Positions 11,600 through 21,800 of a stretch of 64,000 nt of DNA are shown here, in pieces. Within the stretch, counting starts at the first letter, position 1. The number at the start of each line of letters is the position of its first letter. Source of the DNA: Planktothrix sp. GU0601_MAG3 (GTDB taxonomy: Bacteria; Cyanobacteriota; Cyanobacteriia; Cyanobacteriales; Microcoleaceae); NCBI GenBank assembly GCA_035193785.1, contig CP136572.1, positions 1,440,001 to 1,504,000 on the forward strand, read 5' to 3'. Below the pieces are notes generated by a model, which was given only the letters and a program-made list of their open reading frames with translations, searched no databases and had not been told where the DNA came from. The position numbers were made by a program, and so were the translations under genes.

Positions 11600-13007
11600 A
11601 TGGACATTAATTCAGTATTGGAGTTTATCAGTTCACAACTGATGGCTAATAAGCTCAAAACCTTGAGTACCCTGGAAACTACTATCTTGAAAGAGGCGTG
11701 GAGGGGTAAAGATGGCAAAAGTTATGACGAAATTGGAAATAGCGAGTACCTTGATGGTGGAAGTGTTAAGACGGCTGCATACAAACTTTGGCAGAGATTA
11801 TCAACACTATGTGCAGAAAAGATAAATCGGGATAATGTGCAAGCGGTAGTAGAGCGTTACTATAATAAAGTTGGTTTAGCCGAGGCTAATGTGCCGATTA
11901 ATAGCTCATTAACTGTTAATATTGGGACAATTGAGTCAGAAGATCACAGAAAATGCAATCAATTTGAAATTACTTTAAGAGAGAAAACAAATTGGGAGCA
12001 AAAAAAGTTATTTGGTATTAATAAAATCCTTGAGCAACTCAGAGATAATCTCCAAACTCGTGATGATTATTGGTTGATGAGTATTACGGGTGCTGGGGGA
12101 ATCGGAAAAACTTCTTTGACTGAAAAATTAGTGGGTGAATATGCTGCTGATGCAGGTTTTTTTAAGTTGGCTTGGACTATGGCTAAAAGGACTTATTCTT
12201 TAGAAACCTAATATGTCAGTTAAAAAAGACAACAATAAAAAAGATACCAATACAGATTACATGATCTATGATATCGCTTCACAACTAGACATTAATTTAC
12301 CTCCTGCAAATCAAGATTATTTTTTAGCTCTGCAAAGAAAATTAACATCCGAACCTTATTTAATTGTTATTGATAATTTAGAAACATTACCCGAATATCA
12401 AAAGCTTTTAGCTAGATTTAATCCTTTTGACCCAATGTGCAATATTAGACCCAGTAAAGTCATATTTACTTCTCGTAAAGATCTAAAAGCTAATAATTTT
12501 GCAGTCAGAGAAATTAAGTTACCTGGTATAGATAAGTCAGCGACTTTAGAGATGATTCGATACCAAGGTCAAGAATTAGATATTGTCAAACAAGCATTAG
12601 ATGAAGAATTAGAGCCAATTTATCAAAAAACAGAGGGTAATCCTTTGATGATTTCATTGGTGATGAACTTATTAAAAATCTATGACGACCCTTTATCCAA
12701 AATTTTTGAACGATTTGAACAAAATCAAGATATTCAAGCGTTTTTATATGAAGAATCTTTAAATTCACTTTCAGATAATGCTCTAATTATTTTAAACTCA
12801 ATGATTAAGTATGCTGCTGGCTATTTAATTCCTAGTTCTGATTTGCAAACAGTATCTAAGTTAAATGATGATGAATTTAGACAAGCAATAACAGAGTGCA
12901 GTCAATTTAACCTTTTAGATAGTAGTCGCAGTCTGAAAGACGAATCACGATATTCAATTCATAGCTTACTTTATGAATTTTTAAGGAGAATTCAAGATGA
13001 ACATTAA
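11600..13007 (+). CDS. STAND NTPase: N-terminal cyanobacterial wHTH + NB-ARC + winged helix, with no sensor domain; apparent frameshift at 12203-12207
   Basis: ILKEAWRGK..SYDEIG..KLWQRLS HTH, Walker A GAGGIGKT, Walker B LIVIDNLE, GNPL, terminal YSIHSLLYEF (MHD-equivalent). The ORFs fuse as SLEPNMSV. Confidence 0.8.
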
Positions 13008-14382
13008 AACAAAAGATCAATCGATTAATCGCCGAGAAAGTTTAAGAAATAGATTGCGTCGGAATGATCTGGAAAATGATCATCATTTGAATCTTCTTTT
13101 AGAAAAGTCTGAGGAGGAAATAGATTTAGCTAATGTGATTACGGCTTTAAAAGATAACTATAAAAATGTCCAATATTTACCACTTTGTTGCCAATTATTA
13201 ACTAAATTTACCAATAAAGCCCTACAAATTTTAGAGAGAACTCAAGAATGGTCTTATGAAATTAAAATTCTTCTAAAAGAATATGAAATAAATTATAAAA
13301 ATCCACCTGCTGGTCTATATTTTGCACAATTCAAATGTTTAACACATTTATCAGTTTCTGATCCTGAAGCGGAATTATCTATCAATAAAGCAATTGCTTT
13401 AGAAACAGATGAATCTCAACAAATTGACTTGAAATTGGCATTGGCAACTTACTATGAAAATAGTAGCCAATATCAAAAAATGAAAAAAATTCTTGATCAG
13501 TCTGAAATCCTATGTAAGCAAAATCCTAATTTAGATCAACAGTTGGCAATGACTTGGCTTTTTTTAGGGCATTACTATTTTTATAGATTCCAATTTAAGG
13601 AATCCAGAGATTATATGAATCAAGCTAAAAATCTTTTAGAGATTATCTGCAAACAGGAAAAAAAAGAAAATATAAAAATTTTAGGATTGTTTGGAAATTG
13701 CTTACATTATTTAGGTCGAGTTTATTTTGCACAGTATGATTTTGTGACCGCGGCTCAACTCTATATTAAAAGTCAACAGATGCTGGAAATCGAAAATTTT
13801 CCTACTAACAAATCTACTTTAGCTGATAGCAACCCAGCCGCAACTGGATTTTATCATCTAAGATTAGGTCAAGTTTTAGAAGCGTGTCAATTGATTGAAA
13901 GTGCAGATTATCACTATCAGCAAAGCCAGAAATTATTTTTTGAGTGCGGTGCTGCTTCAGGTCTAATGCAAGTATCTTTAATTCGAGCAAATTTGATAGG
14001 TAGTTATGTAGATAACTCGACCTTTAACAAAAAAAGTATTTTGGAAAAACAAGTAGAACAAATTAAGAATGCTGCGAAAGATGCACAAGCCATAGGTTAT
14101 AATCGGGGCTATCTTGAAGCCTTATTACGTCTATTATTTCTGTATCTAAAATATGGGAAAATATTAGATTTAATTAAAGTATGTTTTGCTATTGTTACAG
14201 CCTCTGAGTTTTATCAACTTATTAATCCAAATACTTTTATGTCTGGATTCCAACTAGCAATAGGGCTATATGGTATGGGGCCTTATTACATCGCTAAATT
14301 ATACCAAAAGCAAAAGCACAAACCTAGGACTATTCTCACAGTTTGCCCTTGCCACGATCCTGAATGTAGGAAACTTAGATGA
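12997..14382 (+). CDS. TPR-like helical repeat protein with C-terminal CPCHDPEC motif
   Basis: TPR-type helices (LAMTWLFLGHYYF, CLHYLGRVYFAQ, YHLRLGQVLEA). AAGGAG SD before the ATG; start overlaps the NB-ARC stop. Confidence 0.75.
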   Translation: MNIKTKDQSINRRESLRNRLRRNDLENDHHLNLLLEKSEEEIDLANVITALKDNYKNVQYLPLCCQLLTKFTNKALQILERTQEWSYEIKILLKEYEINYKNPPAGLYFAQFKCLTHLSVSDPEAELSINKAIALETDESQQIDLKLALATYYENSSQYQKMKKILDQSEILCKQNPNLDQQLAMTWLFLGHYYFYRFQFKESRDYMNQAKNLLEIICKQEKKENIKILGLFGNCLHYLGRVYFAQYDFVTAAQLYIKSQQMLEIENFPTNKSTLADSNPAATGFYHLRLGQVLEACQLIESADYHYQQSQKLFFECGAASGLMQVSLIRANLIGSYVDNSTFNKKSILEKQVEQIKNAAKDAQAIGYNRGYLEALLRLLFLYLKYGKILDLIKVCFAIVTASEFYQLINPNTFMSGFQLAIGLYGMGPYYIAKLYQKQKHKPRTILTVCPCHDPECRKLR

Positions 14383-14402
14383 AAAATATCAGGTATTCCA
14401 CC

Positions 14403-14597
14403 TTAAAATAAACTACAATTTGCCCCGTCACCACAGTCCGTGATAAAGCAAAATGAAACTTCACAAATTCCTGCTAAAATGTCTTCGGGTTTGCATTGAC
14501 AGTTTTGATTAATTAAGTTTTGACACGGACGCTGTTTTTTCTGGGTTTCACTGTGGAGAATAAGAGGAAGAATTCCAGAGGTTCCCCAATTGTGCAA
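14403..14597 (-). CDS. Possible Cys-rich small protein (7 Cys in the last ~40 aa)
   Basis: CQNLINQNCQCKPEDILAGICEVSFCFITDCGDGANCSLF; only a TTG start and no signal peptide. Confidence 0.3.
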   Translation of the reverse strand: MHNWGTSGILPLILHSETQKKQRPCQNLINQNCQCKPEDILAGICEVSFCFITDCGDGANCSLF

Positions 14598-14634
14598 TAA
14601 TAATCCGGCAGTCTCCTAACTAAGCGTGCGTCCG

Positions 14635-15669
14635 ATGGCCGACAGTCCCCAAGCTCCCGATGAACTGATCCAGGTTTTAGCAGAATTTCAGGATCTGCAT
14701 TTTGAACTCCCCGATCCAGAAGCAGAAATCCCTGAATTGGATTTTGAACAGCAAATTGATGTCGCTTGGAAAGTTTGCGATCGCTTTGATTTGCAAACCG
14801 AAATTTGGCGCGGCAGAATATTAAGAGTTGTCCGCGATCGCGAAAAAAAAGGCGGCGAAGGAAGGGGTACAGGCTTTTTAAATTGGTTAAAAGAACGGGA
14901 AATTAGCAAAAGTCAGGCCTATGCTTTAATTGAATTAGCTAATAGCGCTGATGCCTTATTACTTCAAGGTCATCTTAATCCCGATGCAATTAATAACTTT
15001 AGTAAAAGAGCGTTTATAGAAACCGCAAAAGCCCCCGCAGAAGTGCAACAAATGGTTAGTGATGCGGCTTGTAATGGCGATCGCATTACCCGTCGCGAAG
15101 TCCGACAATTGAATGATGAATGGACGGCAATGAGTTCCGATTTAATTCCCGATAGCATTCGAGAAAAAGCCACGGAAGGGGCTATGCCACCTCGATATTT
15201 GGCGCCATTAGTGCGGGAAATGGAAAAACTACCGGAAGTTCATATTACGGAATTACAACGGGAAATGATCGAAAATCCCGATGTTGATACGATTAAACAG
15301 TTAACATCAGAAGCAAAAAATTTATCGAAATATTTGGATGCTGCGGGTCAAGTTCAAGCCTTAAATCAGTCTTCTGTCGATATGGAAATGGCATTAGAAG
15401 AAGCGTTGCGGGTGGGATGTTTAAATACGGCTTCTGATTTAGTTAAACAGGCTACTGTCCTCGAACAAACTATGGTTAAATTGTATAGCAGTTGGAAACG
15501 AGTTGGTAGTTTGGCGGATAGATTATATGTGGATACGGGGGCAAGTACCCCCCATTTGCGATCGCTTTTAGGCTGTTTAGAACAGTTAGCAGGTCAAATT
15601 ATTGAAGTGCAATTAGGCGATGGTAGCGAGGGCCGAATTCGCTTACAAATTCTATCGGATAATGAATGA
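14635..15669 (+). CDS. Conserved cyanobacterial hypothetical protein
   Basis: Long ORF containing host HIP1 sites; WKVCDRFDLQTEIWRGRILR and GFLNWLKEREISKSQAY segments. Confidence 0.8.
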   Translation: MADSPQAPDELIQVLAEFQDLHFELPDPEAEIPELDFEQQIDVAWKVCDRFDLQTEIWRGRILRVVRDREKKGGEGRGTGFLNWLKEREISKSQAYALIELANSADALLLQGHLNPDAINNFSKRAFIETAKAPAEVQQMVSDAACNGDRITRREVRQLNDEWTAMSSDLIPDSIREKATEGAMPPRYLAPLVREMEKLPEVHITELQREMIENPDVDTIKQLTSEAKNLSKYLDAAGQVQALNQSSVDMEMALEEALRVGCLNTASDLVKQATVLEQTMVKLYSSWKRVGSLADRLYVDTGASTPHLRSLLGCLEQLAGQIIEVQLGDGSEGRIRLQILSDNE

Positions 15670-15677
15670 TTAAAACC

Positions 15678-15842
15678 GTAGGGGCGGGTTTCTGCAATAA
15701 TTTCTAATATCTATAGATAATCTTTCTAAACCCGCCCAACCCCACAATTAAGATTAAATTAATCATTAATTCTGGGATGGGTCAGGGCGGGTTTTGGTAG
15801 ATTATTTGTGGGTATTAAAGGTTAACTCTAACCCGCCCCTAC
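15678..15842. repeat. Two REP-like GTAGGGGCGGGTT/AACCCGCCCCTAC palindromes
   Basis: Units at 15678-15737 and 15784-15842. Confidence 0.8.
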
Positions 15843-16018
15843 GGGGTCGTAAGTGATTATTAAGATTAAAAATAGGTAAAAATATTAACAATAGATTAAA
15901 TTTTAAATTTCGCCTCAAATTCCAAATTATAGAATAAAATAGAATCAAATGCTTTCAGGGTTAAAAAGCATCCCTTATCATATAACTTAAACTTTGATTA
16001 ATTGCCATTAATATTATT

Positions 16019-17449
16019 ATGGTCAATGCTTACGCTATGGAAACGTCATCTTTACTGCTTCCTTTCTCGTCAATTAATGACTTAAAATTAGAGTCAACCC
16101 TCAAGGATTTATCTTTATATGATGTTCCAGTTGATCTCAACCAACCTGGAATTATTCTGACTCAAAAGTTAGAAGAAAATCCCCTAATTCCCGGAGTAAT
16201 ATTAACTCAAAATGGTCAGTTTAGTGGGATGATTTCTCGACGAATATTTTTAGAATGTTTAAGTCGTCCCTATGGACGAGAACTATTTTTACAAAGGTCT
16301 ATTCGTTCATTACAAAGGTTCGCCCAAAGTCAATTATTGATTTTATCAGGAGATACTTTAATTGTAGAAGCAGCCCATCAAGTTGTCAAGCGATCGCCTG
16401 AATTATTATATGAACCCATTGTAGTTCAGTTAACAGAAAATCGTTATCAACTCCTCGACATTCAACAGTTATTAGTTGCTCAATCCCATATTCATCAATT
16501 AGCAACTGAATTATTACGTCAACAAGCTCAATCCCAATTAATTCAAACTGAAAAATTGGCAAGTTTGGGAAAAATGGTCGCCGGAGTTGCCCATGAAATC
16601 AGAAATCCTGTTAGTTGTATTTTAGGTAATTCTAGTTGTCTTTTAAATTATTATCAAGATTTAATGAAGTTAATTCAAACCTATGAAGAAAATATAGAAA
16701 AACCTTGTGCTGCGATTGATGATTTTAAAGCAGAAATTGATTTTGAATTTTTACAACCAGACTTAGGAGAAGCAATTAAAAGTATTTCAGTTAGTTCAGA
16801 ACGTCTGGGTCAACTTGTTAATAGTTTGCATAGTTTTTCTCACATGGATGGTAGTCAACGACGAGAAATTAATATCCATGATTGTCTGGATGGGACGTTA
16901 TTAATTTTAAAAAATCGTCTGAAACAGAAAATAGAAGTAGTTAAAAATTATGGTGATATTCCTTTGATTAAATGCTATTCTGGCCAACTAAGTCAAGTGT
17001 TTATGAACCTAATTTCTAATGCCATTGATGCCTTAGAAGAAACCGATAAAAAATCTCCCAAAATCGAGATTAATACCCGGATTAAAACCCTATCTGAAGA
17101 TCAAATATATCCGGCTAAATTAGCCAAACTTTCCCAAGAAAATCGGTTATTATATTGTTTACCAACTTACCCAGAATCCCGATCTTTAATTGACCCAGAT
17201 ATTCCTGATACTGATGTTAACTCAGAATGGCTATCCATTTCTATTCGGGATAATGGAATGGGCATTCCCCAAGAGATTAAAACTCGAATTTTTGATACTT
17301 TCTTTACCACTAAACCCGCCGGAAAAGGTACAGGATTAGGATTAGCTATTAGCTACCAAATTATTAGCGAAAAGCATAGCGGTCAACTGAACTTTATTTC
17401 TGATTTAGGAGTGGGGACAGAATTTGAGATTTTATTACCAATCATTTAA
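16019..17449 (+). CDS. Cytoplasmic sensor histidine kinase (CBS-like N-terminus, HisKA, HATPase)
   Basis: EKLASLG..VAHEIRNP, QVFMNLISNAIDA, DNGMGI, FFTTKPAGKGTGLGL. Confidence 0.9.
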   Translation: MVNAYAMETSSLLLPFSSINDLKLESTLKDLSLYDVPVDLNQPGIILTQKLEENPLIPGVILTQNGQFSGMISRRIFLECLSRPYGRELFLQRSIRSLQRFAQSQLLILSGDTLIVEAAHQVVKRSPELLYEPIVVQLTENRYQLLDIQQLLVAQSHIHQLATELLRQQAQSQLIQTEKLASLGKMVAGVAHEIRNPVSCILGNSSCLLNYYQDLMKLIQTYEENIEKPCAAIDDFKAEIDFEFLQPDLGEAIKSISVSSERLGQLVNSLHSFSHMDGSQRREINIHDCLDGTLLILKNRLKQKIEVVKNYGDIPLIKCYSGQLSQVFMNLISNAIDALEETDKKSPKIEINTRIKTLSEDQIYPAKLAKLSQENRLLYCLPTYPESRSLIDPDIPDTDVNSEWLSISIRDNGMGIPQEIKTRIFDTFFTTKPAGKGTGLGLAISYQIISEKHSGQLNFISDLGVGTEFEILLPII

Positions 17450-17464
17450 AAATAGTTATCAGTT

Positions 17465-17597
17465 GTAGGGGCGGGTTTCATCGAGATGCGCGGTGATTAA
17501 CAAAGATCTCACACCAACCCGCCCGTACCCGAAATCAATTATCAGTTGTAGGGGCGAATTTAGGTAATCAGCTACATATCTAAAAGAACCCGCCCTT
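17465..17597. repeat. Two REP-like GTAGGGGCG palindromes between convergent genes
   Basis: Units at 17465-17528 and 17548-17597. Confidence 0.75.
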
Positions 17598-17606
17598 AAC
17601 AGTTAT

Positions 17607-18416
17607 CTAACTTGATAATTGATGATTGATAACTGATTGTTTCATGGTTTCTAATAAACTCAGAGGTAAATTAAACTGATTTATTTCTCCTATGCCATGA
17701 TAATCACTCCCTCCAGTTTTTAATATACCATGTTGTTCACAAAGTTTTTCTAAGCGTTGAATTTGTGATAAACTATGGTGAGGATGATAAACTTCTAACC
17801 CCATTAATCCAGCTTCTAATAACTCTTGAAAAACCGTTTCAATCTTTCCCCCTTGATATAAATAAGGATGAGCCCAAACCGGAATTGCACCGCAGGATTT
17901 TAATAATTTAATCCCATCAATACTAGAAAATTTGTCATACTGAACAAATGCAGGTTTATAATCTCCTAACCAGCGATCAAAAGCTTCTTTAGTAGACTTA
18001 ACATAACCCGCTTTGACCATCGCCATAGCAATATGGGGACGGGCTACCGCCATTCCTTCCCCCATGGGTTCTAACTCAATTGGATAACCCAATTCAGCCA
18101 GTTTTTCCATGATCTGAGTGGCTCTATTTTTGCGTCCATTCAAACGTTCTTTGAGAGGATCTTCTAATTGATTTCTATTAGGATAAAACCCTAAAATATG
18201 TAATGATCTTTCATTATAAACCGTTGATAATTCCACACCTGGGACAATTTCTATACCATAGAATTGCGCCGCCTGAAATGCTTCTTCCCAACCCGATAAA
18301 GTATCATGATCCGTAATTGCTAATGCCTTAACTCCAGCATCGGCGGCGACCTTCACCAGTTCCGTTGGAGTCAATTGACCATCGGAGTAGGTGGTATGAC
18401 AGTGTAGTTCTAACAT
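17607..18416 (-). CDS. PHP domain protein (TrpH/YciV-like phosphoesterase)
   Basis: LHCHTTYSDG, AITDHD, AHP and GGSDYHG motifs. Confidence 0.9.
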   Translation of the reverse strand: MLELHCHTTYSDGQLTPTELVKVAADAGVKALAITDHDTLSGWEEAFQAAQFYGIEIVPGVELSTVYNERSLHILGFYPNRNQLEDPLKERLNGRKNRATQIMEKLAELGYPIELEPMGEGMAVARPHIAMAMVKAGYVKSTKEAFDRWLGDYKPAFVQYDKFSSIDGIKLLKSCGAIPVWAHPYLYQGGKIETVFQELLEAGLMGLEVYHPHHSLSQIQRLEKLCEQHGILKTGGSDYHGIGEINQFNLPLSLLETMKQSVINHQLSS

Positions 18417-18497
18417 AGGTTAATCAATCTCCAGGGGACTGTTTGCTTTGAGTATACTCCGATGAATCCCTAAGTGGAGATTGATGATACTATAGTT

Positions 18498-18815
18498 TTA
18501 AGATTCAGGTGTGGATAATGTTAATAAAAAGGCTAAATTAGACTCTGCTTTTAAAGCATGGGGAGCATTAGCAGCCATGACAATAAAAATACCGGGTTCT
18601 AATTGGATATCTTCCCCATTTAAGGTTAAAATTCCTTCTCCTTCTAAGACCTGAACCGTTGCATTTTGAGTAGAGGTATGTTCAGAAATATCAGTTCCTT
18701 TTGCTAAACAAAATAGGGTATATTGGCAGATGTCATTTTTCCAAAGCACTGAACTGAAAATCCCAGATTCTGAATATTTGATTTTCTCCTTTAAATTTAA
18801 AATAATTTGAGTCAT
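18498..18815 (-). CDS. Cupin domain protein
   Basis: SEHTS..ATVQVLEGEG..MAANAPHAL. Confidence 0.85.
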   Translation of the reverse strand: MTQIILNLKEKIKYSESGIFSSVLWKNDICQYTLFCLAKGTDISEHTSTQNATVQVLEGEGILTLNGEDIQLEPGIFIVMAANAPHALKAESNLAFLLTLSTPES

Positions 18816-18827
18816 GGTTAAATCCTT

Positions 18828-21800
18828 TTACCAAAGTTGATGGGTTTGCAAGAAATCTTGAATGGTTTGATAGAGTAAATGGGCTTGTGCTGGAGAAAAG
18901 CCTCCATGACCTGCCCCTGGTATAGTTAATAATTGATTAGCTACCCCTAATTCATCTAGCTTGAGATGGATTTTAACCGCTTGTTGATGGGGAACTAATT
19001 CATCTTGATCCCCATGAATGGTTAAAATGGGAGGTAATCCGGGGCGAACATAATTGATTGGGGAAATTTTAGTGGCTAATTCCTGAGTATTGGGTTGTTT
19101 ACCAAACCACATCAGAGCATAATCTTGGCGGTTAACTCCCAATAAAATATCATTAACATCCATAATCCCAAATAGATTAATAATTGCTGCGACTTTTAAT
19201 TCGGGGAGGTTTTCATTATTAGCCGTTTCTGTTAATAAATCAAATCCGGCAGCATTTGGTAAAATACTACATAAAGTTGCTAAATGTCCCCCGGCTGAAC
19301 CACCGATAACGACAATTTTATTCGGATCAAATTGATATTCAGCAGCATGGGAAAAGACCCAGCGCAAAGCATACCTAACATCTTCAACCGCCGCCGGAGC
19401 TAAAGCTACATTCCCCAAACGATACTGAACATTAACAATCGACCATCCTTGGGTCAAAAATGGGAATAGTTGGGGTAGAACTCCCTCTTTGCTTCCCGAT
19501 ATCCAACCGCCACCATGAACCGCCACCAAAGTTTTATTGGCTCCCTTGAGGTTTCTGGGGTTTGTAGATAGTAGGGGTCGAGGGGGGCTTTGCAACCCCC
19601 GACTCCCATACAAAACCGTGCTTGCGACTTTCACCGCACACGGCTCCTAGTCAGTTGTGCTGTTATCATCAGAACATCCGGTTTCTTTTGAGTCATAAGA
19701 CCCGTCTGTTGCCGTTTTAGTATCGTGACAATGGCGGTGTAGTAATTGCAGGTTTTTATAATCATTCTTTCCACCTTTCGATGTAGGGATGATATGGTCG
19801 ATTTCTGCAATATCTTCTGTGTTGAAATATTGACCACAGAAGGTACACTTACCTTTCTGTTTTTTAAGTAGAAAAGCTACTTTGTTGGGTACATCAAAAG
19901 ATGTACCTTTTCGCGTACTCCAATATGTCCAGTTTCCGTCATAAGGTGATGCTTCAGGTCTTATCGTTACATGGCGGGTGATAGGTGTTTCAGCGTGGGT
20001 TGTTAGTCTAAAACCATCTTTGGTTTCAAAACTCCATGCTTTATTACCATTATTTCTGAAATACTTTTTCAGTTTCCCGTAACTTGCTTTACCGCATCTG
20101 TTGACTGTCCATGCTCTTAATCTTTGCCATGTTATGTAGTCTAGTGAGGAGTATGTTTCTTTGGAAACAACTTTGGAATGGTAGTTACACCATCCTCTAA
20201 TTACAGGGTTTAGGTGTTTGATTAATGCGTATTGGGGTGCAGTTTTGTGGGTTTTAATCACTGCCTTCACCTTATCCGCGTGAGCTTTAATTGCCTTCTT
20301 ACTAGGTTTTATTAGGGTTTTGAATCCTAATAGTTTTGAATTTTTACCTCCTGTTTTCCCCGAATGATGTTTACCAACAGGATATTGTCGGAAGTTCCAA
20401 CCTAGAAAGTCGAATCCTGGTGATACCTTTTTGCCATTTACTTCGATTTCTTTCAGTGTGTGGCATATACGGGTTTTAGCTGGTTTCAGTTCTAACCTTA
20501 TAGGTTTTAACCATTCTTCGATGGCAATTTGGCACTGTTGTATGATTTCTAATTGTGGACTAATGACCACGAAATCATCGGCGTATCTGATGACTTTGGC
20601 TTGAACGTATCCTCCCTTTTTGGGGAATTTGTTATCAATAAGCCTAATCATTCCATCCAGTGCGATGTTTGCAAGTAAGGGACTGATGACTCCTCCTTGT
20701 GGAGTGCCTGCCTCTGTTGCGTTAAATATGCCGTTGTCCATAACTCCAGCTTTTAACCATTGTCTGATTTGAGCTTTAATTGTTGATGGACAATCAATTT
20801 TGGACAGTAGGTAATCATGATTAATCTGATCGAAACACTTTGAGATGTCAGCATCTAAGATGAAATATTCACCTTTATTGATGCTTTGGAAGATTCTTGA
20901 CATTGCGTCGTGGGCAGAGCGTCCAGGTCTGAAACCCGTAACTTTCACCCTCGAATCTGGCCTCCCATTGTGGTTCTAACGCCGATTTAACCAAGGCTTG
21001 CCTTACTCTGTCGTTTATAGTTGGGATTCCTAGAGGTCTTTCCTCCACGTTGGATTTGGGTATCCATTTCCTTCTGAGTGGTTTAGCCTTTTGGTATTTA
21101 CTAAGACTTTCAACAAGTTCTAATCGTTGTTTGGGTGTGATGGATTTAACTCCGTCTACCCCTGCGGTTTTCTTGCCTTGGTTGTCTTGCGTAACCCTTC
21201 TAACTGCTAAGAGTTTGGCGTAATATGACTTAACTAGAAGTTTTTGGAGCTTCCGAGATGCGGCATTTTGTCCCGATAATGATGCCTGGTAAATTCGCTT
21301 TTGCAGCTTGAATACTTTTCGTTGAACTTTCGCCCAATTTATAGTTTTCCATGCTTCCGTAGTCTTGGTTATACTCGTTTTCACCGTTTGTACTGCTAAT
21401 GGAGACTTTACCTAACAACTAGACCGGAATCTATCGGCATATCCTAAACATTACATCTAGGCATTAGCTTTTGACTCCATCTCTCGCCCTCATAACATAC
21501 GTCTTAGATTTGTGACTACCTGACAGTGTTCGACCTCTGTAGGAGTTAATGAGGGGTTTTAACGTTCCTTGAAAGTGGGTTTATTGCCTTTAGAATCATC
21601 CTATCTGCCGGGGTACTTTCGGAAGTCTTAGTAAGTGTTCTGGATAGAACCTTACCTTTTATAGAAGTGTATAAAAACTTCTATCTTTTCCCCTTGTTCT
21701 TTTTGAACGCAGCGTAATCAAGTCATTTTCGCTACACAATTCTCACGACAGTTCAAGCCGGATGTTCACTTTCGTTAATCATGGGCAATTGGCTAGAGAA

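Noticed and set aside
14545..14549. GTTTC error extending the second Cys-rich ORF to a better start
   Set aside because: Removing a base creates an in-frame TGA, so it does not rescue a longer gene.
19570..19634. N-terminus MKVASTVLYGSRGLQSPP of the hydrolase ORF in the track
   Set aside because: It is read-through of intron domains V-VI; the true N-terminus is exon 1 at 22201-22100.
19647..21384. Retron, DGR or other defence RT
   Set aside because: RVT_N, domain X, HNH and the flanking GTGCG/domain V-VI define a group II intron.
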